Below, piece after piece: positions 19,600 to 28,929 of a stretch of DNA of 64,000 nt. The DNA is from an uncultured virus (IMG/VR IMGVR_UViG_2579778730_000001). Lineage: Duplodnaviria > Heunggongvirae > Uroviricota > Caudoviricetes. The stretch lies in IMG/VR virus record IMGVR_UViG_2579778730_000001; one strand, 5' to 3'. Each line of letters opens with the position of its first letter. Position 1 is the stretch's first letter. The translations under genes and the position numbers were made by a program. The notes under the pieces are model-generated. The model did no database searches, was not told where the DNA came from, and was given only the letters and a program-made list of their open reading frames with translations.

Positions 19600-21372
19600 A
19601 TGGCTAAATACTCAGAAGAACTGAAAGGCGTTGTGCGCGCACTATATCTGCGTCGTTATACGCCAAAGGAAATTGCATCAGAATTAAATCTGCCGAATGC
19701 GCGGATCGTTTACTACTGGGCTGAAAAAAATAACTGGGCCGATTTGCTCAGCTTTGAAAGCACTGAAGAAGCGATTGAGCGCCGCTACCAGCTGCTTGCC
19801 GGTCGGGACAATAAGTCAGAGGTAGAGCTTAAGGAAATGGATTTGCTCATCGCGCACGCCACGAAACTGCGCGCCCAGAGCAATAAGCATAAAGAGAAGA
19901 TGGCCAGCGGAAACGGCGGCCATAAAGCGACAGAGGATGACAGGGACGGCGACAAGCCACGCGGCAAACGGAAGTACAAAAAGAATGACATTTCTTCCCT
20001 GACACAGGATGACTTTGACTCCTGGGCCGGTGAGCACCTTTTTGCCTATCAGAAGCATCTGCGCCTGAACATTGGTCAGCAGGTAAGGAACATCCTGAAA
20101 AGCCGCCAGATCGGCGCGACCTGGTATTTTGCCTACGAGGCCTTTGAAAACGCCGTGATGACCGGCGACCCGCAAATTTTTCTGTCAGCATCCAAAGCCC
20201 AGGCGGAAGTATTCCGCTCTTATATCGTTAACATCGCTGAACAGTATTTCGGGATCACGCTCACCGGCAACCCTATCCGCCTGAGTAACGGCGCAGAGCT
20301 GCGTTTCTTATCGACCAATAAAAACACCGCACAGTCATACAGTGGCCATCTCTACTGTGATGAATATTTCTGGGTGCCTAACTTCGCGAAACTCAACGAA
20401 GTGGCCAGCGCAATGGCCACGCACGATAAGTGGCGCACCACGTACTTTTCAACCCCATCAGCGAAAACGCACCAGGCTTATCCGTTCTGGACGGGTGAGG
20501 AATGGAAACAGGGCAGCAAGAAGCGCGCCGGTGTCCGGTTCCCGGACTTCAGCGAGATGCGCGACGGCGGGCGCTTATGCCCGGATGGACAGTGGCGCTA
20601 CATCATCACGATGGAAGATGCCATTGCAGGCGGCTTTAACCTGGCCAACATCGATAAGCTGCGAAATCGCTACAACCCAACCACGTTCAACATGCTCTAT
20701 ATGTGCGTGTTTGTTGACAGTAAAGATTCTGTTTTCAGCTTTGCTGACCTTGAAGCCTGCGGCGTCGAAACGGAAACCTGGCAGGATCACAACCCCGATG
20801 CACCGCGCCCGTTTGGTGATCGCCCGGTCTGGGGGGGATTTGACCCGGCGCGCAGCGGTGACCTGTCGTGCTTTGTGATTGTCGCCCCGCCCATGCTGGC
20901 CGCCGAAAAATTCCGCGTGCTGGCCGTGTTTAACTGGAAAGGCATGAACTTCCGCTGGCAGGCAAAGCAGATCGAAACCCTGTTCAAAAAATACAACTTC
21001 ACCTATCTGGGTGTGGATGTGACAGGGATTGGCCAAGGGGTATTTGACAACATTCAGCACTTTGCCCTGCGCGTGGCCGTAGCTATTCGCTATGACCGCA
21101 ACACGAAAAACCAGCTTGTGTTGAAGGCGGCCGATGTTGTGGAAAGCCAGCGTATTGAGTGGGACAAGAACCTGAAAGAGATCCCGGCCAGCTTTATGGC
21201 CGTTCGCCGCACCACAACGCAAAGCGGTGCCGCGATGACGTTTGTCGCTGACCGTAGCCCGGAGACTGGTCACGCGGAATCATTCTGGGCCATCACTCAC
21301 GCCCTGCATAACGAACCGCTGAATTACGAAAATAAACCTAAATCCCGGTGGGGAATCAAGAAGGCCGCATGA
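19600..21372 (+). CDS. Terminase large subunit, ATPase (gpP)
   Basis: KSRQIGAT Walker A, YCDEYFW Walker B, GFDPARSGD nuclease motif. Confidence 0.95.
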   Translation: MAKYSEELKGVVRALYLRRYTPKEIASELNLPNARIVYYWAEKNNWADLLSFESTEEAIERRYQLLAGRDNKSEVELKEMDLLIAHATKLRAQSNKHKEKMASGNGGHKATEDDRDGDKPRGKRKYKKNDISSLTQDDFDSWAGEHLFAYQKHLRLNIGQQVRNILKSRQIGATWYFAYEAFENAVMTGDPQIFLSASKAQAEVFRSYIVNIAEQYFGITLTGNPIRLSNGAELRFLSTNKNTAQSYSGHLYCDEYFWVPNFAKLNEVASAMATHDKWRTTYFSTPSAKTHQAYPFWTGEEWKQGSKKRAGVRFPDFSEMRDGGRLCPDGQWRYIITMEDAIAGGFNLANIDKLRNRYNPTTFNMLYMCVFVDSKDSVFSFADLEACGVETETWQDHNPDAPRPFGDRPVWGGFDPARSGDLSCFVIVAPPMLAAEKFRVLAVFNWKGMNFRWQAKQIETLFKKYNFTYLGVDVTGIGQGVFDNIQHFALRVAVAIRYDRNTKNQLVLKAADVVESQRIEWDKNLKEIPASFMAVRRTTTQSGAAMTFVADRSPETGHAESFWAITHALHNEPLNYENKPKSRWGIKKAA

Positions 21373-22409
21373 AAAAAAAGAACCGCTACCGGCAGCGCGA
21401 CGCGAAAGCGCAGCCGAAAAATAAAATGAGCATTTTGCGCTTTGGGAAACCGGAGCCGGTACTGACTACCGGCACCGATTATCATGATGTCTGGTATGAC
21501 AATGACGCAGACCACTACACGCTACCGATAGACCGCCTGGCTCTTGCCCAGCTGATAAACCTGAATGGCCAGCATGGGGGGATTATTCACGCCCGCAAGA
21601 ACATGATCACGTCTGATTACACTGGCGGCGGTCTGACCCGCGATGAACTGGAAGCTGCGGTTTTCGATTTTCTCACCTTCGGGGATGTTGCCCTGGCCAA
21701 GATTCGTAACGGATGGGGCGACGTGATCGCCATTGCGCCACTGCCCGGCCTGTATACCCGACGCCGTAAATCAGGGGAATTTGTCGTGCTTCAGGAAGGA
21801 GAACCGCTCGTGTACGAGCCAGAAGACGTCATTTTCATCAAAATGTATGACCCTCAGCAGCATGTTTACGGCCTGCCGGATTATATCGGCGGCATTCACA
21901 GCGCACTGCTCAACAGTGAAGCAGTCATATTCCGCCGCCGCTACTACCACAACGGCGCGCACACCGGTGGCATTCTCTATACCCGCGACGCGAGCATGAC
22001 AGATGAGATGGAGGAAGAGATTGAAACGCAGCTGCGTGACAGCAAGGGGATCGGTAACTTCTCAACTATCCTCGTAAACATTCCTGGCGGCGACAAAGAA
22101 GGGGTGCAGTTTATTCAGATGGGCGACATTTCCGCGAAGGATGAATTTGCCAGCGTGAAGAACATCAGCGCCCAGGACGTTCTGAACGCCCATCGGTTCC
22201 CCGCCGGGCTGGCCGGGCAAATCGCGCAGAATGCTGCCGGGCTGGGTGACCCTGAAAAAGCTGAAAAAACGTATAAAAAAAATGAGGTAATGCCGGTGCA
22301 GCGTCGCTTTATGGAAGCGCTCAGCGATGACAGCGATGTACCGCCTTTTCTGTACCTGAAATTCTCGATAGAAACTGCCAATAAAACAACGGATAAGGAT
22401 GCGGCATAA
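21369..22409 (+). CDS. Portal protein (gpQ, PBSX family)
   Basis: YDPQQHVYGLPDY...FRRRYYHNGAHTG. Confidence 0.93.
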   Translation: MKKKNRYRQRDAKAQPKNKMSILRFGKPEPVLTTGTDYHDVWYDNDADHYTLPIDRLALAQLINLNGQHGGIIHARKNMITSDYTGGGLTRDELEAAVFDFLTFGDVALAKIRNGWGDVIAIAPLPGLYTRRRKSGEFVVLQEGEPLVYEPEDVIFIKMYDPQQHVYGLPDYIGGIHSALLNSEAVIFRRRYYHNGAHTGGILYTRDASMTDEMEEEIETQLRDSKGIGNFSTILVNIPGGDKEGVQFIQMGDISAKDEFASVKNISAQDVLNAHRFPAGLAGQIAQNAAGLGDPEKAEKTYKKNEVMPVQRRFMEALSDDSDVPPFLYLKFSIETANKTTDKDAA

Positions 22410-22459
22410 TGCAAAAAAGGTTAAAATCCAGGCATTATTTGACAGCCGGAGAGCGGAAC

Positions 22460-22729
22460 GTGAGAGTGTTAAAAATTGAATGCCCGGAATGTGGCGCTAA
22501 GGCTGTGATCCGGAAAACGAACCGCAAACACCGGCAGATTGCGGATATTTACTGTTCCTGCGCTGACGTGGAGTGTGGTCATACTTTCGTTATGAACCTG
22601 ACTTTTTCCCACACCCTCAGCCCCAGCGCAAAAACGGGTGATGCCATGCTTCAGCAACTGCTAAGCACAATGTCACCCGATCAGAAACAGATGGCGCTTG
22701 ACCTACTGAAAGCCACGCCCGCCGCTTAA
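22460..22729 (+). CDS. ogr: Ogr/Delta-like Zn-finger late-gene activator
   Basis: CPECG...YCSC.DVECGHTF; probable GTG start at 22460 after GGAG. Confidence 0.88.
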   Translation: MRVLKIECPECGAKAVIRKTNRKHRQIADIYCSCADVECGHTFVMNLTFSHTLSPSAKTGDAMLQQLLSTMSPDQKQMALDLLKATPAA

Positions 22730-22906
22730 ACCCCCGCTTTGGGGGTTTTTAATTTCATTTCTGACTACGTCCTGCATTTCTTCAGCCATCTCGCTTATCC
22801 AAACCAGTGCGACAGTGCGATCTTTGAGGTTGGCACAATCAATGGTCGCAATCCTTGCAAGTAACTCGATGCGCTCCAGCTTCGCTGACGCCTCAAAAAA
22901 ATCCAT
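22703..22906 (-). CDS. Small SOS-inducible protein (position equivalent to phage 186 tum)
   Basis: MDFFEAS..., GGGGG RBS, LexA box directly upstream. Confidence 0.65.
   Translation of the reverse strand: MDFFEASAKLERIELLARIATIDCANLKDRTVALVWISEMAEEMQDVVRNEIKNPQSGGLSGGRGFQ
22728..22750. terminator. Hairpin terminator after ogr
   Basis: aaaccccc-gcttt-gggggttttt. Confidence 0.6.
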
Positions 22907-22926
22907 TTGACCCCCCAATAATTTTT

Positions 22927-22946
22927 TACTGTACATTCATACAGTA
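22927..22946. promoter_or_regulatory. LexA (SOS) box overlapping a TATACT -10 element
   Basis: TACTGTACATTCATACAGTA matches CTG-N10-CAG with consensus flanks. Confidence 0.85.
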
Positions 22947-23026
22947 TACATCCACTAGAGTTTTCCGAAAGACGTTTTGAATATTTTTTACAATAATCCA
23001 ATAAATATCATAACGTTGGTGACTAG

Positions 23027-25051
23027 CTATGCCCAGCCTGGCCAAATTTCTTCTGCCGGTGAGGCATAGCGCTCAATGAGTCGTCCATTTTTATAAATTA
23101 ACGATGATTGCCCAAAACTCAGGGCTGCGCCCCGCGTTAAAATGTCTATTTCTTCATCACTACCATCAAAACCACGGCGATTCAGATCCAGTTTTAACCG
23201 TCTGCGGGTTCCACCCTCAGTACAGTTATTGACAGAACTCCAAGGGGCGGCGATGCCGCCAGAAAAACCCGCCTCCGCTGGCGCTTCGGCCAACTTCGAA
23301 ACCTTCTGCCACTTTACCAGGCGCGTACAAATTTCAGAGCCAGGCAGGCGCGGGCTATACACTCCCTGCACCCGTTGAATATCTTCCGCGTATTCGTTGC
23401 CCTGCTTCGTAATTTCATAAGCGAGACGAACAACCAGATCCCGGCGCGCAACAAGGGGGCCGCCCTGCGCCTGTGTATATGACGCCCAGCATCCGACATC
23501 AGCAGCGGCCAGAACAGCATCCATTTCCTGGTCAACTAATCGCTGCTCACGCAGCCGACGCAGCTCGCGCCAGACCGTTACCGGCGCGCCGCCAATCTGC
23601 TGAAACTGGCGAATACGCCAGCGAGACGCCCACGCAGCCACAGATTTAGCCATATCACGCATACTTTCCCCGGTTTCGTCGTCCTGCTCCCCGTCCATAG
23701 CGTAACCGTCGATATTTTTAGATATGTATTTTGCGATATAGCCCGTCGCTGACCCCTTTTCAGGATCGATAGGCTCAACGTGAAAACGCGCCTTAAGCGC
23801 GTGTGGGGTCTGTAATTCTTCAGAATCTGCGATACGGGACTGATAGCAAAGAATGTCGCGCACCGTTTCGACATCCTGCGGGCGCATAAACAGCAGCATA
23901 TGCCAGTGCGGTGTCCCGTCGTGATGCGGCTCAACCACGCGGAAGCCAAACACATGAATCCCGGCGCGGGAAATAGCGGCGCGCGCCTTGGCCCACACAT
24001 TGCACAGATAACGCTGCGTGTCCTGCGGGTTACAGCCATTCCACTGGCCGACAAAACCGCCCTTGCTGTGTACAGCATGGAAGCGTGACGGCGCTGTGAT
24101 GGTATAGAACTCACCAGCCAGCCCCTGATCGTTGGCAATATCCTCAAAGCCACGCATACGCACCATCAATTCGCAACGACGTATGGCCGGATTGGCAACG
24201 CTGCGATGCACCATGCTATCCAGCGCAATGCGGTTTCCTTCATCGTCCATCAGGTCGAATTTTTTGAAAAACTCCAGGTTGCGCTTTTTCTGCTCGACCC
24301 ATTCGCCCAGGGTTTTACGCGAGACGTAAGCGCTGGCCGCTTTTTGCACCTGGCCAACAGCTATGGCCATATGCTCACGTTGCAGATCACGCGCTCGCTT
24401 CAGGCGCAGATACCACCACTCCGGCGCCATCAGGCGCAATATGCCGGACTGCGCCTGGCGCTCGGTTAATTTGTCTGCACAATAAGCGCCCCAGTAAGGG
24501 GCAGTGAAATTGATAGTTTGAGTAAGCGCGCCCAAATGGACGTATGCCAGGGCTGTGCGCCGGGAAATTTCCTCGTCGCTCCGGGCCTCACCCTCAAGTG
24601 AATCAGAAAAGTTATAAAGCTCCTGAGATAGCCAGGTTGCGACCTGCCCGGCCAGCTTCTTCAGCTCTGCCCGGTCAAGAGACGGCAGACGTGAAATCAT
24701 CTTGCCGAAAGGCAGACTGGAAACATCCGGCGACAAGGCATACCGCGCCATTACTGTGCGCAGCCGTGGCAATACGCTCTGACCAATCGTATGGCGTAAG
24801 AACGTATTGGCGCGACGACGCCCATCATGTGGGGCATTGAATAATTTTTCGTAGCGTTGGCCAAAATACCCGGCTAACCAGTCGGGCATTTCATGCAGGT
24901 ACTGGGAACGAAAATCATGATCGGCTGGATTCACCTGCCATAATTTGCGCTCAGTCAGCGTTACATCTTTCGGGGTTCCCGGTGCGAAATGCTCTCGCCG
25001 CCATGCATCGACAGCATGATGATTTCCTACCGACAAAACATCATCACTCAT
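23027..25051 (-). CDS. Rolling-circle replication endonuclease (P2 gpA-like)
   Basis: EPHHDGTPHWH HUH motif and YIAKYISKN catalytic tyrosines. Confidence 0.95.
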   Translation of the reverse strand: MSDDVLSVGNHHAVDAWRREHFAPGTPKDVTLTERKLWQVNPADHDFRSQYLHEMPDWLAGYFGQRYEKLFNAPHDGRRRANTFLRHTIGQSVLPRLRTVMARYALSPDVSSLPFGKMISRLPSLDRAELKKLAGQVATWLSQELYNFSDSLEGEARSDEEISRRTALAYVHLGALTQTINFTAPYWGAYCADKLTERQAQSGILRLMAPEWWYLRLKRARDLQREHMAIAVGQVQKAASAYVSRKTLGEWVEQKKRNLEFFKKFDLMDDEGNRIALDSMVHRSVANPAIRRCELMVRMRGFEDIANDQGLAGEFYTITAPSRFHAVHSKGGFVGQWNGCNPQDTQRYLCNVWAKARAAISRAGIHVFGFRVVEPHHDGTPHWHMLLFMRPQDVETVRDILCYQSRIADSEELQTPHALKARFHVEPIDPEKGSATGYIAKYISKNIDGYAMDGEQDDETGESMRDMAKSVAAWASRWRIRQFQQIGGAPVTVWRELRRLREQRLVDQEMDAVLAAADVGCWASYTQAQGGPLVARRDLVVRLAYEITKQGNEYAEDIQRVQGVYSPRLPGSEICTRLVKWQKVSKLAEAPAEAGFSGGIAAPWSSVNNCTEGGTRRRLKLDLNRRGFDGSDEEIDILTRGAALSFGQSSLIYKNGRLIERYASPAEEIWPGWA
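23222..23248 (-). other. Replication origin/nick site within rep
   Basis: GCCCCTTGGAGTTCTGTCAATAACTGT, close to the P2 ori sequence as recalled (GCGCCTCGGAGTCCTGTCAATAACTGT). Confidence 0.75.
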
Positions 25052-25190
25052 CGTAAACCGCCTATAGCATGCAGTTCCTTAATCACGCTGGCTGCGTTGC
25101 TATCAAACATATTCTTTAGACTTTCTCTTTGATTACATGGCATTGGTTCTGTAGCCTCGGGCAAAACTGAGTGTGACAAAAGGTACTGTG

Positions 25191-25493
25191 ATGCAACATA
25201 AATTGTTTAAGATGAAAGACAGTTTGAATTTGCCTTCATATGATTCAGCCATTGCTGCATGGCTTGAAAAACAGCAGGAATCCCTTCCCGGAGTTCCATA
25301 TAAAATCCTTATTTGCAACGAGAACGTTTTTTACAGAGCCATTACGTGTGATGGGCTGGACGAATACGTTGCAGCACGTGAGTTTCTCCTGTCTCTGGAT
25401 CTTGTAGATGCATCGGACTACGGAATGGGTTTGAAGGATTACGACTCTGTATTTTTGAGTCAGGAATATATTGACCGGGCATCTTCTCGGTAG
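25191..25493 (+). CDS. Hypothetical acidic protein, antisense to the early operon (start 25191 or 25173)
   Basis: About 100 aa, protein-like, AT-richer than its flanks, AAAGGT upstream. Confidence 0.6.
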   Translation: MQHKLFKMKDSLNLPSYDSAIAAWLEKQQESLPGVPYKILICNENVFYRAITCDGLDEYVAAREFLLSLDLVDASDYGMGLKDYDSVFLSQEYIDRASSR

Positions 25494-25541
25494 ATCCAGC
25501 AAACGCCACAACAAGGCACTGACTTTTAGTTAGAGAGGAGC

Positions 25542-25778
25542 TTACTGCCATGCCGCACCACCTTTACTTGCGATTGCGCACGCTTCAGCACGGATCAATT
25601 CAATTATCTCCGTAGCGCTCAACCCATCATTCGCAGCATGTGCCGCAAGCTTATCCAAGCGAAGCGAACATAGGTCAGCGGCTGCGGCTTTACCTTCCTG
25701 CGTGGCTTTAGTGAGCAGACCTGACAGGTCTTTCATCGGTGCCGGGGTCGTGTCAACGAACATACGTTTAGATGTCAT
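25542..25778 (-). CDS. DUF2732-like early protein
   Basis: RLDKLAAHA...LSATEIIELIR.EA pattern of P2-family early genes. Confidence 0.75.
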   Translation of the reverse strand: MTSKRMFVDTTPAPMKDLSGLLTKATQEGKAAAADLCSLRLDKLAAHAANDGLSATEIIELIRAEACAIASKGGAAWQ

Positions 25779-25846
25779 AAAGATTTCTCCAGGGCAAAAG
25801 AATCCCCGGCCACGTAAGGGGTGGCCTGAAAATTCAGATGGTTTGA

Positions 25847-26248
25847 TTAGTGGAAAGAAGGGTTTTTGATTACTGCGGAATAGTTAGGCGCAGGCGTCTG
25901 ATGTAGCTCATAGGTTGCGCGCCACCACTCGTGGATTAGCGCTTTGATCTCACCAACACCCAGCGCGCCCGCCACGTAATAATTGCTGCGAAGCCCGGCC
26001 AGCGCCTCAACTTGCGTGGCGTCGCTTTCTGCTTCACGGTAGACGCAGCACCAGTACGCAGCATTTATTGCCAGCCAGTGGCGTGGATTGGTGAGGTGCT
26101 CCGTATCGTTGAAGAAAAACGGATGCAGAATCACACGTCCGCCTTTAACAGTATTTTTGCTGGTGAAAGCTTCCGCATAATGCACAGGGACAAGCCAGGC
26201 CGAAAACTCCTGCGCCAGCGTTGTACTGTTTACTGAAATGATGCTCAT
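25847..26248 (-). CDS. Hypothetical early-operon protein
   Basis: 133 aa with AAGGAG RBS, abutting the upstream gene. Confidence 0.7.
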   Translation of the reverse strand: MSIISVNSTTLAQEFSAWLVPVHYAEAFTSKNTVKGGRVILHPFFFNDTEHLTNPRHWLAINAAYWCCVYREAESDATQVEALAGLRSNYYVAGALGVGEIKALIHEWWRATYELHQTPAPNYSAVIKNPSFH

Positions 26249-26659
26249 TTAAAGCTCCTTTAACTTTTCGCGTTGTTCAATGGTGTACAGAATTTCAGGG
26301 GCGATGATCATTTTTACGCCCCGCCCGACATGAACTTTTTTAACTTCAGGCCGGTTCGTTGTTCTGCGGGAAAAATCGCTATCACGCAGCGTTCCGAAAC
26401 CCTCAAGCGTCAGGCGCGCCCGCGAAATACCATGGCGTAGCTGGATCATGGCGCGGTAATCCAGACGCTCGAAAAGCTCAGCCCAGCAACAATTGCTCAG
26501 GTGCGCTTTAAAGACTCCGGCCCCCGAATTAACAGCAGCGGCATGAAGTACCACGCCACGCCATTCCGGGCTTAACTTATCCCACCAGTCAGCGGCCTCG
26601 CTGCGGTTGCTGAAGTGCTGGCGGCGTATACGTGACAACCAGACTTCGTTACTGGCCAT
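26249..26659 (-). CDS. Hypothetical early-operon protein
   Basis: Start MASNEVW; overlaps the fil-like gene. Confidence 0.7.
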   Translation of the reverse strand: MASNEVWLSRIRRQHFSNRSEAADWWDKLSPEWRGVVLHAAAVNSGAGVFKAHLSNCCWAELFERLDYRAMIQLRHGISRARLTLEGFGTLRDSDFSRRTTNRPEVKKVHVGRGVKMIIAPEILYTIEQREKLKEL

Positions 26660-26876
26660 GACGACCACCTACTGAGCCGCATAAACGACGCGCACTGGTA
26701 GTTAGAAGGCGAATCACCGCCCAGTTGCGCATTTTCACCGGCTCGCAAGCATTGAACTTGTATTGATGGCCGGGGTTCATACGCTGGCCGTTCGGCAACT
26801 CAAGCCAGCCGGTTGAACCACTGGCGAGCTGCTTGGATGGTGATTGTTTTTTCAGATAACAAACAAAGGCTTTCAT
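26649..26876 (-). CDS. Fil-family (filamentation) protein
   Basis: LKKQSPS...GWLELPNGQRMNP motif after cII, as in 186-type phages. Confidence 0.65.
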   Translation of the reverse strand: MKAFVCYLKKQSPSKQLASGSTGWLELPNGQRMNPGHQYKFNACEPVKMRNWAVIRLLTTSARRLCGSVGGRHGQ

Positions 26877-26886
26877 AAACTTCTCC

Positions 26887-27390
26887 TTAAATTAGGCCGG
26901 TGGCGCTAGTCGTGACGAGATCAACCGCAGCCGCCAAAATTGGGGCTGACTGAAAACGGTTTTCTACGGAATAGACGATTAAGGACAAGCTGCGTATCGC
27001 ATCGCTGGCACGGTCAAGAATTTGATTGCGGCGCGCAGCAGTCATTCGCTCTGCTGACACTGCTTCACCAGCTATGACACCAACGCTGGCCGCAGCCGTC
27101 AGCGCGCAAAACTGCATATTTTCTGCTGTGGCATTATTAACCGGCACTGACGGCTGACAATTCAACTGGCGAAGAAGACCATCAAGAATGCGGGGGTCTT
27201 CAGTTAGATCGACAATCTCTATCAGTTCCATAAGAGTGAGCTGATGGGCTTGATCAGGATTCAGTTTGCAGCGCAAGACAGCGGGCCGCATCCCAATCTT
27301 CTTAGCCAGTTGCTCGACGTTATGCGCACTAGCAAATGCACGGCAAGCCCTATCAAGGTAGTTATGTATGGATACCTTGTAATCGTACAT
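26887..27390 (-). CDS. cII: Phage regulatory protein CII (186-type)
   Basis: MYDYKVS...LRCKLNPDQAHQLT. Confidence 0.9.
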   Translation of the reverse strand: MYDYKVSIHNYLDRACRAFASAHNVEQLAKKIGMRPAVLRCKLNPDQAHQLTLMELIEIVDLTEDPRILDGLLRQLNCQPSVPVNNATAENMQFCALTAAASVGVIAGEAVSAERMTAARRNQILDRASDAIRSLSLIVYSVENRFQSAPILAAAVDLVTTSATGLI

Positions 27391-27420
27391 GATTCGCGGA
27401 TTCCTAATTGATAGGGTCTT

Positions 27421-27642
27421 TTACGCCTGGAGCGAAATACGGCATTCGCTCAGTGCTTCGATGGTGAGGGCCGCCATGTTGATTTCAACTCGGCCACGGG
27501 GCATGTCGCCTTTTGCACGAATAGGCAAACGCCCATCACGAATCATGTCGCGGGCAGTACCTTTAGCCGTACCAGTTAGGCGGCAGTACTCTTCGAGAGG
27601 TAAGTAAGGGGTGGGGATGGTGATTGTAATGTTAGGTCGCAT
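27421..27642 (-). CDS. Apl/Cox-like excisionase-repressor
   Basis: ITITIPTPYLPLEEYCRLTG...VEINMAALT winged helix; divergent from cI. Confidence 0.85.
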   Translation of the reverse strand: MRPNITITIPTPYLPLEEYCRLTGTAKGTARDMIRDGRLPIRAKGDMPRGRVEINMAALTIEALSECRISLQA

Positions 27643-27721
27643 ACGTCAAAATCCTCTTTTCATCTGAACTCGGCAAAGTTCAGCAACTTTCGCTTTTTGA
27701 AAACTACAAGGGCAAGGCTAC

Positions 27722-27765
27722 TTTTCATAATGAAAAATGTCAATGCGAACTTTTCATTTTGAGAA
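27722..27765. promoter_or_regulatory. Probable CI operators in the lysis/lysogeny switch
   Basis: Palindrome TTTTCATAATGAAAA (27722-27736) and related TTTTCATTTTGAGAA (27751-27765). Confidence 0.55.
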
Positions 27766-27784
27766 TGGATTTGCATGATGGGAT

Positions 27785-28363
27785 ATGCTGAAAATCGACT
27801 TTGATGGGGAAAGCGCTCCGGTACTGGATAGGATTCTTGAGGCTTATGGCTTTACGTCCAAACTGGCTTTAGCGCAGCATTTTAATCTTGCCGCAAGTAG
27901 CCTTTCAGGCAGATACCGTCGTGGTGGGTTCCCTGCTGATTTAGTTGTTCAATGCATGGCAGAAACAGGGGTTTCATTAGAATGGCTAGCTACTGGCTCA
28001 GGAAGAAAGTTTGATAATGACGAGTTGGACATTCTCAAGTTGCCTCGGCAGAAGTTAGTGGATGGACAGCTTTATGATTCTGGCTATGCAATGCTCGATA
28101 AGGTGTTTTTCCGGGCAGGCATTCCCCTACCGTCTGACCCATTTTGTCTTTTAGATGAGAGCGCGCAGTATATAATCGATCGCAAGTACGCTGAAATATT
28201 CGATGGCGAATGGTTAGTTAATATAGAAGGTAAAATCAGTGTTCGTACATTGGTACGAATACCTATAAGAAAAGTGCGTATCAGTGGTGTAGGAATGGCA
28301 TTCGACTGCGCATTAGATGATATTGAAGTTATCGGAAGAATTGTTTTAAAAATAACAAACTAA
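27785..28363 (+). CDS. cI: Repressor CI (186-type, non-autocleaving)
   Basis: LDRILEAYGF HTH, VSLEWLATG, 186-like C-terminal domain. Confidence 0.92.
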   Translation: MLKIDFDGESAPVLDRILEAYGFTSKLALAQHFNLAASSLSGRYRRGGFPADLVVQCMAETGVSLEWLATGSGRKFDNDELDILKLPRQKLVDGQLYDSGYAMLDKVFFRAGIPLPSDPFCLLDESAQYIIDRKYAEIFDGEWLVNIEGKISVRTLVRIPIRKVRISGVGMAFDCALDDIEVIGRIVLKITN

Positions 28364-28375
28364 TAAGGACATGAT

Positions 28376-28927
28376 ATGCTTGATTATAAAAAGGCTACAA
28401 CACAGCAATTAAAAGAAGAATACAAGCGTTTAGCTGCCGTTGTTTCCGACACACCTTTTGCTACTAAAAAGGAGTTTTATCACCTGCCGTCAATTTTAAA
28501 TGAAGGTGAACAACCCATTGCTATTGCAAGTGGAGCTATGGATGGCAATACATGGCTGATCACACTTACGAATCAGAGGGTTATTTTTTTAGATAAAGGG
28601 ATGTTATTTGGCGTCAAGCAAGTTGACGTAAACCTAAGCAACATTGTTAGCGTTGGTGGCAAAACTGGACTATTACTTGGGGAAATAAGCATTTCTACAA
28701 GCGGACAAAATTACACAATTAAAAATGTTATGAAAGGTGCGGTGATACCATTTACAAACTTGATAAATACCACTCGCAATAACAAACAAGATGAAAATAA
28801 AACCAAAGAATCAATCAATGATACTGACATAATCTCACAGATTGAACGAATTGCTGTACTTAAAGAAAAGGGCATACTTAGCGAAGAAGAATTTCAACAA
28901 CAAAAGCAACGCATTCTTAATCAGTAA
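28376..28927 (+). CDS. Bacterial PH-domain plus SHOCT protein (lysogenic-operon cargo)
   Basis: LTNQRVIFLDKG PH motif; C-terminal LKEKGILSEEEFQQQKQRIL SHOCT. Confidence 0.82.
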   Translation: MLDYKKATTQQLKEEYKRLAAVVSDTPFATKKEFYHLPSILNEGEQPIAIASGAMDGNTWLITLTNQRVIFLDKGMLFGVKQVDVNLSNIVSVGGKTGLLLGEISISTSGQNYTIKNVMKGAVIPFTNLINTTRNNKQDENKTKESINDTDIISQIERIAVLKEKGILSEEEFQQQKQRILNQ

Positions 28928-28929
28928 AT

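Noticed and set aside
2556..25000. Numerous 60-230 aa ORFs antisense or out of frame to phage structural and rep genes
   Set aside because: Shadow ORFs of GC-rich coding DNA with no motifs. Only the overlapping spanin and the frameshift extension are supported.
25048..25551. One intact minus-strand gene (e.g. dam) before rep
   Set aside because: The ends are in frame, but several internal stops intervene and no methylase motifs are visible
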